A DNA stretch of 64,000 nt. It comes from Phoronis australis. Lineage: Eukaryota > Animalia > Phoronida. The first letter of the stretch is position 1. Each line of letters opens with the position of its first letter. Location: NCBI GenBank assembly GCA_002633005.1, contig NMRA01000072.1, positions 268,952 to 332,951 on the forward strand, written 5' to 3'. A model generated the notes under the pieces. It did no database searches. It saw only the letters and a program-made list of their open reading frames with translations, and had not been told where the DNA came from. The position numbers and the translations under genes were made by a program. Of the stretch, positions 29,101 to 41,869 are shown one piece after another.

Positions 29101-32100
29101 TAATCATGAGTCTGTGACCTAAGAATTACACCAAGTCATTTGATGCACTTTTTCGTTCAGTTGCGTGAAGTCACGGGGAACTTGCCGCCCTCTGATGGTG
29201 GTGCAATGAACGTGAAAATGAGGTTCAAGTTATGGCAAGTGGCTGGCTGTCACGAGTTTCTCGCTTCGCTGGGCTTTGACTTGGTCGACGTGGGCAAAGA
29301 TGAAGTGACTCTGACTGCAGGTCGACAGGCAGGCAAGAGGGTGTTGCAGTTTGCACTTCAGGTCCTTGTGGCCATTGTTGGTAAGTGGCTCAAGTGGGAA
29401 GTAGTATTGAGATCTGCTCATACTTCAGCTCATTTGTGTTTTTGAACGCTGTGAAGGAATGCCTTCATTCATTGCATGTTTTTTCCGTCTGTGGTACTCA
29501 GTATCAACACTTTGCAGTTTTAACTGGTTCACCGCACCCTCTCTGTTTACTAATTGTCATTTTGCTGTGATAGTTCTTGCCACTGATTTTATCCTTATTG
29601 TGATAATGATGGATGCGCTGTGTTTCATTGCAGACTCCCAAGATCGTTCCAATGCTGTGTCCATGTCCAGCTCCAGCAGTATGGAGAGTCTGGCCTCCAC
29701 CAACAGTGGTTCAGCCACCTCCTCCACCTTCTCCAAGGGCTCCACCCCACCAGCCTCACCCCACGGACGCATTGGGCTACCCGCCTATTCTTCCAACAGC
29801 AGGATGTCTCCTGCACTACGGGCTAACTTGATGCAACAGGTAACCAATAAAGGCAGCTTAGTACAACATACATGTCGATTCTTTGGAATTGACTGTTTAC
29901 AGGAAGACAAAACGTGATGTGTGCGCATCACAGAGTACATATTTATGTGATATCCCCTCTTCTTGCCGCTTGGGCTGCAAACCATCCAGCTTTATGGGAG
30001 CCTCGACTAGAAAATTGACCATTCACACTACATGTAGTACCCACTGTGCATGCAATGTCTTGTTATCTGTAAAAACGTCAATGGCAAGGTCATGTGGCAC
30101 CAATGACATCTATTTAATTACCAGTTAGCTGAGTTATGTTTCATACTAAACATCAAATGTATGCCCCTGTTTATCAAAAGGTTTGCCATTATGTCATGCA
30201 ATGCCATGTACCTTAATCTAGAACCAGGTGGCAGCAGCTGTCATTGGTGTCACGTGACTGGCCCCTAAAGCTCTGAGTCTTTAATGAAGTTTTCAGTTGC
30301 TCTTCTTGATATGCTTTGTAATAGTATTTGATATTGTTTGGTTTAACAAGTTCTGACTTGTTTCAGTAGAATTTTATATCCCTATATTGGTTAAGCCAAA
30401 CCTTTGAGCATATTAGGTACAAACAATTGAAAGTCGATGCATGAAATTAAACACCACAAAATATATATATCCATAATCATTGAATCGATTTTAAATATTC
30501 TGTCATCCATGTTCTCCATAAACTGTTACTAACCCCTTTTCCAATTGTTCCAGGGTGGACTGGTTGGTCGACACTTACCTAGTGACAAGTCTCCCATCTC
30601 GCCTTACGCCGTGTCATCAGTGGCGCGTCGCAAGCATCGTCCCTCATCATCTGGAATCGTGTCCCCAGGCAACAGCCCATCCTACAACTTGGACAATGTT
30701 TCTATACCCAACAGCTTACCAGAGTTGCCAGCATCACAGGGTGGCGACAACAGTGAAAGCTCGTCGGTGTCTTCTGATAATGCTAAGTCATATCAGCGCA
30801 AGAGCTTATTTGAACGAACACCATTGAAAGGCTACTTTCCCTCTAATGTCTATAACTCGTCGTCACAGAGTGAAAGTGAGGATGGTCCCGTACAGCAGCA
30901 GAGGAGGCCTGGCGAAATGTCGCACAGCTTTAAAAGGATTCTGAGTAGTGGAAGCTCTCCAATGCAACGGCAAGCAATAAACCACTTGAAAACGTCCTCA
31001 GAAGCAACGACGTTGCCACGCACTCATGGGACACTGCGAAGGCAGGGCTCTGATTCGTCTGCAGCCAGTAATACCAGCTCAGACACATGTGTGAATGAGA
31101 GCCCCAGCCAGTTGGACCCCACTCTGGTAGCCCAGATGGTGATGAGTGAAACTATGGAACACCGGGCAAAACTAGAGGAAATGCAACAACAGTCCATCCA
31201 TCAGCAGCAGCTGCGCAATCAGATGCGCCGCCTACAAGGTCTTGGGAAGCCATTAGCCGTATCGACACCTGCAAACATATCTAAAATGTCAGTGAAAAGC
31301 AACGTTGCATCAGGAATTCTTGGAAAGAATGCCNGGAAGCTCTCCAATGCAACGGCAAGCAATAAACCACTTGAAAACGTCCTCAGAGGCAACGATGTTG
31401 CCACGCACTCATGGGACACTGCGAAGGCAGGGCTCTGATTCGTCTGCAGCCAGTAATACCAGCTCAGACACATGTGTGAATGAGAGCCCCAGCCAGTTGG
31501 ACCCCACTCTGGTAGCCCAGATGGTGATGAGTGAAACAATGGAACACCGGGCAAAACTAGAGGAAATGCAACAACAGTCCATCCATCAGCAGCAGCTGCG
31601 CAATCAGATGCGCCGCCTACAAGGTCTTGGGAAGCCATTAGCCGTATCGACACCTGCAAACATATCTAAAATGTCAGTGAAAAGCAACGTTGCATCAGGA
31701 ATTCTTGGAAAGAATGCCCCTTCAAAGCACCTAGGACAGATTACTGAGGATTATCGTGAGAGCACCTCGGGTTCTCCTGTCAGTACGGCGTCATCTTTAA
31801 GTGCTGAGGTGGACTCTGATCAAGTGTCTCAGCATGAAGAAGTCACAAGTCCTCAAGAGACTGGATCAGCCAGACCTCTTCCACCACAAGTCCCTCCCAA
31901 GCCGAGTAAACAACTGCTGGACACCTTGCGTCAGAAGCAGGAAAACGGCGGAGGCAATGAAAAACAGAATCAGGCGACATACCCGGTTAAGTTTGCTGAA
32001 CGGAAACATGTTGGCAAACTGAACTCCAGTGACAATAGCCAGACACACAGTGATAGTGGCAACTACTCCCAGTCCAGTGGATCTGAGCAATCTACTGTGC

Positions 32101-32972
32101 ATTCTCCATCCTCAACGTGGAACTTTCGGGGAGGTGCTCCACCTGGACCCCCTCCATGGCAGTTACAGGTGCAACCTCCTGCTTCTCCCAAAGCATCTAT
32201 AGACGGTGACAGTGCGAACCATTATCGGGCACCTCCTCCGTATGGCAGTAAACCTAATCTACGTAGGTCATCGGTCAGTGATGAGGTGTTTGAACCATCT
32301 GCAGGGAAGCATGTCATGCCAGCAGTGAATACTCAATTGTCCGTAGGGTCTCCTCGTCGCTCTGTTGACCGTGACAGCTCTGTATCACCGCCTCACCGTC
32401 CTAGTAGTGTCATTAGCAACACTAGCACATACTCATCAACTTCGTCGAATGCCACAGTCATCTATAACCCGACCAACAGACTGGGCAAGGATAACAGAGC
32501 CCAGTACCCTAACCACGACCAAGCATTGAGGACTTACAACCGACTGCCGTCTGACCCAGTCATGCAGCCGAGTAGTTATTATGATGTAAACAATGTGACC
32601 TCTCAATATCAGAGTCCTGTCAATGAAGTCAAGTTGACAAATTTGCCGGCCAATCAGCTGAGATATGCGGATGGCCCTCGGGGTTATTCACAGAAATCGT
32701 TACCTCGCTATAATCCAGTTTTCCCAGCTGTCAACAACAGAGTTATTTCAAGGACTGGTCAAAGTCAACCAGACACAGGCTTGATGAGGGTCACGGAAAA
32801 TCGTAATAGTGAGGACAGCGCCTCCTATAGTGATTCCAGCTCAAATGCCTCTCGAGATTCCAAACACAATGTGCGCTCTTCAGGGTCGCCCCGTCAAAAT
32901 GGTCAAGTACAACGCATTCCACTGGACATGAGATTGATCCAAGATTTACATCTGCAATCATCTAAGTGTTAA
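4921..32972 (+). CDS. TTC28: Tetratricopeptide repeat protein 28 (TPR array + CHAT domain), 12 exons seen, start codon not located
   Basis: Exons 4921-5190, 11013-11160, 16665-16937, 20159-22465, 23062-23202, 23803-24080, 24483-24729, 25125-26560, 28248-28556, 29161-29380, 29634-29839, 30554-32972 all have AG/GT boundaries and compatible phases; total 7869 nt (2623 codons) after removing the 385-nt artefactual duplication. Peptides FLEKVRQSN, LDKSPFVIIAVVGQELL, AERGRTRAF, SHPSNWA are TTC28-typical. Confidence 0.93.
9081..9333. mobile_element. MITE with 13-bp TIR (hAT-like CAGGG ends)
   Basis: cagggcttggaat / attccaagccctg; TSD not recognisable. Confidence 0.6.
11013..11160 (+). CDS. TTC28: TTC28 exon
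   Basis: ttgcag|GGT TAC TAC AGG...CGA G|gtaagt; GYYRKGVALQCLG. Confidence 0.9.
13605..16160 (+). repeat. Three diverged copies of a ~130-bp repeat (about 13605-13740, 14650-14790, 16050-16160)
   Basis: Shared ctcaccaatt...aattgc...cattgttgtgaatg...gtagctatg(gtacagaacttg). Confidence 0.6.
16665..16937 (+). CDS. TTC28: TTC28 exon
   Basis: ttgcag|AC AAA...CTA G|gtatga; KLKGSVFSALSSAYWGL. Confidence 0.92.
20159..22465 (+). CDS. TTC28: TTC28 large TPR exon (~19 repeats, ~40-aa period)
   Basis: ctgtag|GT GAT...CAG T|gtgagt; repeated RAYGNLG / YH..HL.IA.EL.D motif. Confidence 0.95.
23062..23202 (+). CDS. TTC28: TTC28 exon (TPR)
   Basis: tttcag|GC CGT GCC CAT...CTA G|gtaaaa. Confidence 0.9.
23803..24080 (+). 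CDS. TTC28: TTC28 exon (last TPRs)
   Basis: tttcag|GC CGC GTC CAT...CTC CAG|gtgagt; FDLQTASYQALQ. Confidence 0.9.
24483..24729 (+). CDS. TTC28: TTC28 exon
   Basis: ttccag|CGT GTT...AAA G|gtgagc; EALVVAERGRTRAFIDLL. Confidence 0.92.
25125..26560 (+). CDS. TTC28: TTC28 exon encoding the CHAT domain
   Basis: tttcag|GT CTG...CAT CTG|gtgagt; LYLVPFSVL, LPAAEQEA, IHIASH, LVVLSSCHT, GLTRALLAAGA, SLWQV, HPSNWA. Confidence 0.95.
28248..28556 (+). CDS. TTC28: TTC28 exon (post-CHAT)
   Basis: ctttag|ATT GAG AAG...GCT ATG|gtgagt. Confidence 0.9.
29161..29380 (+). CDS. TTC28: TTC28 exon (post-CHAT)
   Basis: gttcag|TTG CGT...GTT G|gtaagt; GCHEFLASLGFDL. Confidence 0.9.
29634..29839 (+). CDS. TTC28: TTC28 exon (Ser-rich)
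   Basis: ttgcag|AC TCC...CAA CAG|gtaacc; SSSSMESLAS. Confidence 0.85.
30554..32972 (+). CDS. TTC28: TTC28 terminal exon, low-complexity Ser/Pro tail ending QSSKC*; apparent frameshift at n31334 is an assembly artefact
   Basis: ttccag|GGT GGA; ORFs 30545-31438 and 31305-32972 join in frame once one copy of the 384-bp overlap plus the n is removed. Confidence 0.85.
30950..31718. repeat. 384-bp direct duplication around a single n (30950-31333 / 31335-31718); unmerged allelic contig overlap
   Basis: Copies differ at ~3 positions; junction is exactly one n. Confidence 0.85.
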
Positions 32973-35900
32973 GCTCTCAAGTACTAGAGATTGTTTTAGT
33001 GATCTACACCAAAGATTATGTCAATGCTTTAATGTCTTAGTTTTTAAATCGGCTAAAAACTTGCCTTTCATCACAAAAACACCGTCTGATTTACACAACT
33101 TAGCATTGTGGAATTGTTCTTAAAATTGTTCCTTAGTCAACCTAGAGATGGTGTCATAGCTTTGAAGGAACTGACAATTTTTGTTATTGGTTGGGCCAAG
33201 CTGTACAAGATGGTTTGTTACAATGTGTCATTTTATTTTATGTGCTGAGCATGGCCTCAAGCAATGACAAACTATCAGCTCTTTGCAAATCCACACATTA
33301 TTTTCATATGAGTAAGGAACAAGTTGAGATCAATTTTATATGAGTAAGTGAAATAAATAAAAAGTTGGCTTATTTGATGGAACGTGGATTTACGGCCACG
33401 TTAACAAATTATATTATCTCCCAAAGGGAACATTACATTTATCTCCCAAAGGGACCAATTTGCCGAGGGATTTTGTATTTTGGAAGCAATAATACATGGT
33501 GTGTAAAAGGAATTGGAAGATTTTATCACTTGTGTAGGCTTCAACATGGAGCACTAAAAAGTGGCTCTGACATTTTCATTTATGGGACCATTTCTGTTTT
33601 TGTTAAGATGTGCTAGTTTTTTATCAGGAATAGTTGTAAGGTTGCTGAAGCATTACGTTTTACTTGTGATATATCTAAATGTTTACCAAAGCATTTTGTT
33701 ACTCTCCAGGCTTTCTGGTTTGTTGGGTACTATTGGTTCGTATATTAATTGGATTGTGCTGTTGAAGGATGCAGGTACATTATTGTATATAGATGTTATG
33801 TAACATATTTTGTAGATAATTGTATACCCTATTTATACAATCGTGTATATAACAATTCCATTATTGTAAGATATAATTTGAATGAAAAGCTGTCTCTTGC
33901 AGAAATAAATTTGAATTTATACCATGGAATTGCTATTTCCTTGTTGATAGCTGTCACAAATGAATTACGACCTTTTACCTTATAAAATTGATCTTTGAAT
34001 ATTCCTCACAGTAATTGCACGCAATGTCCATTACTGAGTACATTGAAACTCGACTTGTGAAAAAACGCTCTTTAAAGTTTATTGCAGGGGTTATTGGCCA
34101 ACCCTTGTAAATTGATAATTGAAAAATGGAGCATGATAGCATTGGCTGTATCTGTGTAAGTTCTGCAACAAGTCGAGATTGGCTAGGTCAACTGTGTCAG
34201 TATTTCTAACCCCACAGTGCTTCAAAATTTGTTTGCCTAACAGCAGCAAAATGCTCGATGAGACAATTTTGCTGACATCCCGTTGGATTATGTACAGTCG
34301 ACATTTTTTCTCTGAATGTCAAAAATTACGTTGCTCACAATGGCATCAAATTATTAGGTAATAAATTTGAGTGTTCCATTCCAATATCATTTCTCTTCAT
34401 CAAGCATACAATTTTGAAGTGAAAAAATAAAATTTGTAACAGACTAGCGATCTGCACACACTCACATGCAAACCTTTCACACAAAAAGTGTCCATGCATA
34501 ACATTTAGCCAAAACCATAGAATTCTGTTTCTATAGGTAAATGTACTACCAGAAAAAACTCTTGGTCATGAATAATGAATTTTGTATGGAATGTTGTTCA
34601 ACTGTTTTCAGTTTAAAAAAAGCTTTGTAAAATGAAAAAAAATAACCAGTTCCTTCTCTGGAAAAGGGTATTAGCATGAGCGAAACGAAAGTGGCCTTTA
34701 CCAAAGTTCGTGCGGTACTGGAGTCAATGCGAGTTATTCAAACATTTTGGTTCAAGCTTTCGTGGGCAACCCGAGTCCTGAGTTTGATGCATTTGGAAGC
34801 AATCACGTGCTCAGCACTGCTGGCAAAAGGTGGCGCACATGACAAAAACAATCCGCCGTCTAGAAATCGTGTTAAGTCTGCTATTTGACATTGTTTTGTG
34901 CTCCAACTTCTCGTGTTTCTGTTACTGCTGTAAGTCACAGGTTTACTCATTTTACGTGTTAGCTGTGTTGAAGCAAACCAGCCACGTTTGTAGGAAGGTT
35001 AAATTATTAGGAATGCTCCAGTCAGACACAGCCCTGTTGAAACTGAAAGTTCATGAAAATGTTGCCCAGCTCAGCACCACGAGCACATAATTCACGGTTC
35101 CCCTCCACGTCCGCAAATTACTGATATAAAATTGGCTTGGTTCTAAGAGTTCAGTTACTGACTGTTCGCCGTGGCTAAATTCTAGTGAGTGAATGGAGTA
35201 GGCCTAAGGAATGTGGAAGAGTGAGGGGCGACTGGCACTGGTCGAGTATAGCGAGATGTCCCAGATTTGGAGAACCAGATTGATCCACTGAATAACGGGA
35301 CCACTGTATCTGACCAGTGCCAAGTGAGGGACCAGATTACCTCAGTCTCGGCCCCCCAGAAATCACCCCTCACCTGCATTACGGCGTTTCCCTCACAGTT
35401 GCTCCCAACAAGTTGGGAAGATGACCCCGGTAGCCAATATCTTACACGACTGATTAATTCCATTCTGGCATTTATGGTTGGAGGTCCAGCTAAATCTTTT
35501 GCTTGATAATTGCTCTATAATCTCTGATCAGATCATGTCTAGTCTGACTGGGCTCAGTGCTGCTAAAAATAAAAGTTAAGTTAAAACAAATTTGAACATA
35601 AACCAGTAGCGTATCTGAATTCCTTATCATATGCTGATCAATTAGATGAATTCTAAGTATAAAAGGGACTAGGGAATCTGGCCGTCGGTGAAGTCATCAT
35701 CTCCGGCCCCCACTACGGGAACACCACAACCTGTAATAGAAGCTGCAACAGCAGTAATAAACCCAGGTTTTCTGAACAAGCTATAACGTTTGATAGAGAC
35801 CAAGTTCCATTATAAAATATCTCAATTTGTTTCTTAATCAGATGAGAAGTGGTTTTTGGTTTTGAATTGAACCTTAAGCTAATTATTGCTTGGCGAATAA

Positions 35901-38192
35901 AACAATGGCCTGAGAAGTCAACTAGTAGGGTGTGATATCTAGCAATAAGGAGACGTCATTTCTTTCCATTCCCAGAAATCACATATTTTGACTGAGGAAC
36001 AATTTGAGACCAATTTCATTACGGTAAGTGGTTTAAATCAAAATAGATTGTTTTACTGAAGTCTGGTGTGATAGCCATGCACTTTTACATCAGTGTATTA
36101 GAAATATGTTGATGACATGGTTAAAATGAGTGTTTTGTGGAGGGAAGGATATTTTTTTAATTTTAATTTGATAAACAGTGAATGTTGATGTGAAATAGTG
36201 GCCAGTTTCGTTTGATTATTTGATTGTCCTCATTTGCAATAATGCATTGTTGTTTTTGTTGCCATGTAAGATTTGCTTAAGGATTTAAGATGATTATGAA
36301 CTTCCTCTGGAACAAAATTCTATGAAAGGGTAACCTTTTCATAGAAGCGCCCTTCAAATGGGTCCCTTTTTCAGTCCATTCTCCAAATGGGTGGGGATAT
36401 CCTAGCTGCACCCCATCAAATATTTTTTGAGTACCCCCTGGAATTCTCTCCTCCCTAGCTTGTGATCGCAATTTCCTCAAGTGAAATAAAATCACTGCGA
36501 ACTGAGAGGGTCAATAAATTGTGTCTTTTTTTCTAAGACAGGGTTTGTGAACTAAACATTAGAGACGTTCCCATTCGAACCCAGATGGAAATAATCCCAA
36601 TGGTTTTGAGGCAAATTTCTACTGGCATACCATGAATAATACGCTTACAGGGAAGTCACTCATTTCTAAAGATATTCGCGAATTTTCAACGCTCGCTCGC
36701 TCATCCTTCGGAGTGACTTTTACCGGGATCAAAGAGACCGCGGAGACGGAGTCAGATACAGTTGTGATGACTGCATTGTGTGATGGGAGCAAGACCCAAT
36801 TAAGTGCAATTACCGGACCTTAAACTGTAGTAAACATCTCTGCCTGTACAAAATGGCGAATTTTCAAAATGCATTAACCAATAGTTTTCGTTAAAAACTA
36901 ACACCATGACGGTATTCAGCTGAGAAAAACGACCACGTTTGGTTTTCGATTTTTAGATATCAATGAACTAATAAGCTAAAAACTACAAACTTTGGGTACG
37001 ATTGAAAATAAACGACCATGCATATTGGCACACTCGGTGGATTTACAAACCCTGATCAGAGTTAACAATATCGTATGAATTATTCTTTTAATATTCTTTC
37101 AATCTCGTTTAAGCAGGTTTTTGACTAAGAAACAGTTGTCCTTAACTTGTGCCCACTCTTCATTTTTATGACTGACAAAAAGCTAAAATAGTAGTCAGTG
37201 CAACTGAATTTGTCCAGAGATTCCAAATGTTCAATTTTGTTATCACCATATTTGCACTATTGTATATATTTCATGATTTGAGTTGTAATAAAGATTGAAC
37301 TTGAACTAATGACACGTGTAGTTTTGTTTGCTGTGAAATGTTTACTATAGCTGTAATCTGGAAAGTTGAGGGATGAATTCACAATTGACTAAACTAACTA
37401 AATTTTGCTGGTGATCAAAATTACCACTGTTTTGGTACTTCAAGTTTAAAATGAAATATAAAGATATCAACTCGTTCCCGGTAAAAACAACAAGTAGACA
37501 GGAGTGTTAAAAATGAAGTAACGAATACCGGTATGGAACATTTTTAAAACCATTGTTCTTTGGGAAGTGTCTTTCTGTGAAGATAAACACAAATTAACTT
37601 TTAGTAATTTTGTAATATTTAAGATGTATCAAGTTAAAACTATTCTCCACAGTTGCAGACTGTAACTCTGTGCAAATGCCAGAGAAAACCAATTTGGGTC
37701 TAATAAGAACTACCATTGTTAAGATAATAGTGCTAGCTGTTACCTTTCCACATCAATACAAAGGTCGAGCTGAATAGGCATCATAAAAGTTGTCTGGGGC
37801 TAATAAGGGAATCTGAGTGGTGATCAGTGTAGAAAATGAAAATGTTTGCATTGGGATGCAAATCTTCTGGGATTCTGAATTCAACCAAATTTCACAAGAT
37901 TAATTTGGGGAAAATTACCACTGAGCAGTCATTTTTTATTCTGCTCTGGATCAGCCTGTGGTCTTACACTTATTTTGTCACAATTGAAGATGTTTGACAA
38001 TGACATTTGCAAGGCCTGACAATAGAGGCTGGAATTCCTTATTGCTTGGAGACACAGATTGGTGGACATAATTCCTGTAAAAATATTCCTGTGAAATTTT
38101 GGGTTTTGGGGTTTTGAAACATATGGGAATGTTACTAATGTGGAATTCCTTTGGACAATTAATTTCCAGGCTTTGTTTTTGTTTTTAGGATC

Positions 38193-38349
38193 ATGAACTT
38201 TTCAGAGGATATATCTTTAGCATCTCGTGAAGTAACAAACACTTTGAATAGTTTGAGGACAGGAAGTACTGAAGATGGTGTTGTCATGAATACAATTCAA
38301 AATGATGCTGTGGTTGAAGGTCACTGCAACACAGTTTGCAGTGGTAAAG
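38193..38349 (+). CDS. Candidate first coding exon of the zinc-finger gene
   Basis: tttttag|gatcATG AAC...AAA G|gtaata; ends in phase 1 whereas 39751 starts in phase 2, so at least one small intervening exon is needed (candidates 38472-38537, 38930-39109). Confidence 0.4.
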
Positions 38350-39750
38350 GTAATATTAGATGTCATCTACCTCAGTTGTGATTTCAATTTGGAACCGGCA
38401 AAAACGTGTACAGTAAATTCTCTCAATTTCAGATAAAAAGGATTGCCAAACCATTTTTTGTTTGTTTTCAGAAGCCCATAACATTATTGTGAATGCTCAC
38501 ATTTTCTCAAAACATTGTTCGGTGGTGCCTATGTCTTGTAAGTGAAAACTGATAAAGCCTTTTATTTTGTGCTACAGTTATATTTTGTGAAAAATGCGAA
38601 AAAGTAGAATATCACTTGTCCTCCATATTGCATCCTAAATTGGTAAGATTTTACTATCCTTCGCCTTTTTACCATGTACCTTAAATGAAGAGTTTGGTTT
38701 TCCCAAAATTCTCGACACAAATAACTTAGAATTTTAAGCAGCATAGGTTATACTCAACAGCTGAAATAAAGCAATGGTTGATCAACGTTTGATAATTTGC
38801 AGCTGAATAGTGGCAGTTTGGGCAATTGTTTGATGGCAAAACTACCATGGTAATGCTGGTGGCTACTGATATCATCATAGTAATTTTGGGTGATACTTGA
38901 ATAGCGAAAAATTTGCAATATCGTTTTAGTTGTGGAGCACAAACACTATTTTCGGGCCTCAATTTGGTGAGCTGTTTGGCAATCTGGTAAAATCCCAAGT
39001 CGCCACAATGTCACCTCACAAATATCGGAGCGCTCTCTCAAAACACTTCGGAAGTAAACAGTCGAGAATGGCAAAAGCCAAAAGGGCTCATGCCATGAGT
39101 CCTGCTCAGGTAACATGTGCTGATCACCTGCCTTTGGCATAGGAGATGAGCCTGCATGTGGGATATTGTACCCGAGGAGGAACATGGCCTTTATTGGGCA
39201 CATCAGGCACTCCAGGACCTATGATTTGCATTTGACTGAAAAAGAAAAAATGCCGACCAGGTGATCTTGAGTGTCCCAGCTGACAATTGTGCTGAGTCGT
39301 ATAGTTTTTCAATTATTTTATTTTCATCTATCCCTCGTTTGTAGGGGCCAGGAATTTTGTAACCCTCCCCCCCCAACAGGGTTTCTTCATTTTGGTGACC
39401 TCAGTTCCCATTTGGCGAACTAGGAATTTTGCCAGATAACAATTACCGAGATGACATTATGCTAAGCGCCGATCCCTAATTTATGTTTTGCTTTTCATTC
39501 CACATAAAATTTGCTTTTGCTACTAAAACTGTCCGTTTGCTGTTCAACATCATGAAGCTCTTTTATGTTTTGCAGAGGACTGATTTGTCTGAGCGTGGTC
39601 ACCGTACCTCCATGCAGGGTCTTGATGCCTCGATTTTATGGCTAAATATTCGGCACCATTACCCTCCTAAATAAGAAAAGTCAGGCTCAAATATTTCCCT
39701 GCCCTGTGCAGCAATTCAAAATTGCACATTTTGTTTTTCTTGTGTTTTAG

Positions 39751-40767
39751 TGACGTTTTTGTCGACTTCACTGCATGCCATTCATTGGTTTCAGAGTTGA
39801 ATTCAGTTCCTGAGACAGACGAGGCTTTGAAAAATTCTGGTCTAAAGTTGCGAAGTGAGGACTCTGTGCAGAACTTCAGCCTTGAAAGTTTTCTAGGGGA
39901 AAGCTTGCCAATCCTTGAGCCCCGTCTGTTGGACATTCTGGAAAGTAACGACCATGTGGGCGACTGCTGTGAAGAGTCAGCTTTGTTGGGAATGGATACT
40001 GCTGAACAGTTCATTGATTCAATGTTGGAACCATTGGAAACGGGCTGCAGTATTGATTCTACAAGTGAACTATTCATGGCTGATGGCAGTGTAAAATCCA
40101 CAACTGGACAATCTAAAGACAATAACGAGCTGGCTAAATGTAACACTGTGATTACAAATTCATCAGAAAGTCTAATTGGAACGTCTGTAAGTCAAAATAC
40201 ATTTATGAACAGTACAGGGTGGATCAAAGACAGTGAACCAAACAACATTTCATCTTTTCAGTTGAAACGTTTCGCAAGTACTAAGCAATCTGCAGCTACA
40301 GTGATGCCGTCCGACGTCACTCTGCCAAACATTTATTCTTGCTCACACTGTAATTTCAAAACGAAGACCAGAAACCATTTTGAAAGTCACAGGCAAAACC
40401 ACTGGATATCCGGCACCTACAAATGTGAGCTGTGTACATTCAGTTCTGATTTCCGCACGTCCTGCACCCGACACAAACGTTGTCACCACCTGGAGGAGAC
40501 GGTCACCAGTGTCACCCGCCGACCAACGGATGACAACGACCGCCTGAAGAGGGGACAGTTTTCATGCACTGAATGTCTGTATAAGACCTACAACCGAGCC
40601 TTCTTCGTACGACACCGACGTTTCCATCTTATACCGAGCGAGTTTAAATGTGATCATTGCAGCTATAGTGTATCCATTAAATCAGTGCTAGCTTCCCATA
40701 TCAAAAAGTACCACAACAATGGATCTGGAACTCTGGACGGGAAGGCTTTGAAAACAACTAAGAAAAG
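39751..40767 (+). CDS. C2H2 zinc-finger protein, exon with acidic N-region and 4 fingers
   Basis: gttttag|T GAC...AAA AG|gtgttt; CSHC..H..H, CELC..H..H, CTEC..H..H, CDHC..H..H. Confidence 0.85.
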
Positions 40768-41862
40768 GTGTTTTAGCTTGATTTGATTTTAGATGTTTTG
40801 TTTTTAATGTAATTGTTTTTATATATCTGTGCATAAGAATGCACACCTTACGCTGTGTACTTCGGTTAATGCTCAGCTCTGAATTCTGAAATGATCATTT
40901 TAATGCCCGTGTTTGTTTAAGCTTGCGCTAAGAACGTCCTAATTATTTTTCTAACTTTCTCAATGTAAACGCTTTGGGTGTTAATCAGAACCGTTGGCGT
41001 AGATCGGAGGGGGCTCCCTTAGTCATCGGAGTTAAGATCAATAACTGAGATGGGGGTAGCAAATCTCATGTCAGGTGCCACTTTAATGAGAAAAGGGCGA
41101 GTCCATTTATAGAATGAACTCACCCATTCACAAACTGGACTCTCCCAGTGTGGACTGGCCCATTAGGAGAGTGGATTAAAGCGATTCATTAGTACTGAGC
41201 TTCCTTGAAAAAGTCACTCAGAGTGCTAGCATTATGCAGGGGTTAATTTCACNGTTTAAATGTGATCATTGCAGCTTTAGTGTATCCATTAAATCAGTGC
41301 TAGCTTCCCATATCAAAAAGTACCACAACAATGGGTCTGTGAATCTGGACGGGAAGGCTTTGAAAGCAACTAAGAAAAGGTGTTTTAGCTTGATTTCATT
41401 TTAGAGGCTTTGTTTTTAATGTAATTATTTTTATATATCTGTGCATAAGAATGCACACCTTACGCTGTGTACTTCGGTTAATGCTCAATTCTGAATTCTG
41501 AAATGATCATTTTAATGCCCGTGTTTGTTTAAGCTTGCGCTAAGAACGTCCTAATTATTTTTCTAACTTTCTCAATGTAAACGCTTTGGGTGTTAATCAG
41601 AACCGTTGGCGTAGATCGGAGGGGGCTCCCTTAGTCATCGGAGTTAAGATCAATAACAGATGGGGGTAGCAAATCTCATGTCAGGTGCCACTTTAATGAG
41701 AAAAGGGCGAGTCCATTTATAGAATGAATTCACCCATTCACAAACTGGACTCTCCCAGTGTGGACTGGCCCATTGGGAGAGTGGATTAAAGCGATTCATT
41801 AGTACTGAGCTTCCTTGAAAAAGTCACTCAGAGTGCTAGCATTATGCAGGGGTTAATTTCAC
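40642..41862. repeat. ~610-bp direct duplication around a single n (40642-41252 / 41254-41862); unmerged allelic overlap
   Basis: Near-identical copies with roughly a dozen or more substitutions and a 2-bp indel; junction is one n at 41253. Confidence 0.85.
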
Positions 41863-41869
41863 AAACCTT

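Noticed and set aside
31219-31659. Programmed frameshift or overlapping antisense ORF in TTC28 last exon
   Set aside because: Explained by the single-n overlap and by antisense shadow of coding sequence
32958-32972. C-terminal SSKC as a prenylation signal
   Set aside because: Cys is terminal, not CaaX, CC or CxC
35560-35700. Box C/D snoRNA (ATGATGA on minus at 35694-35700)
   Set aside because: No box D with terminal stem at a suitable distance
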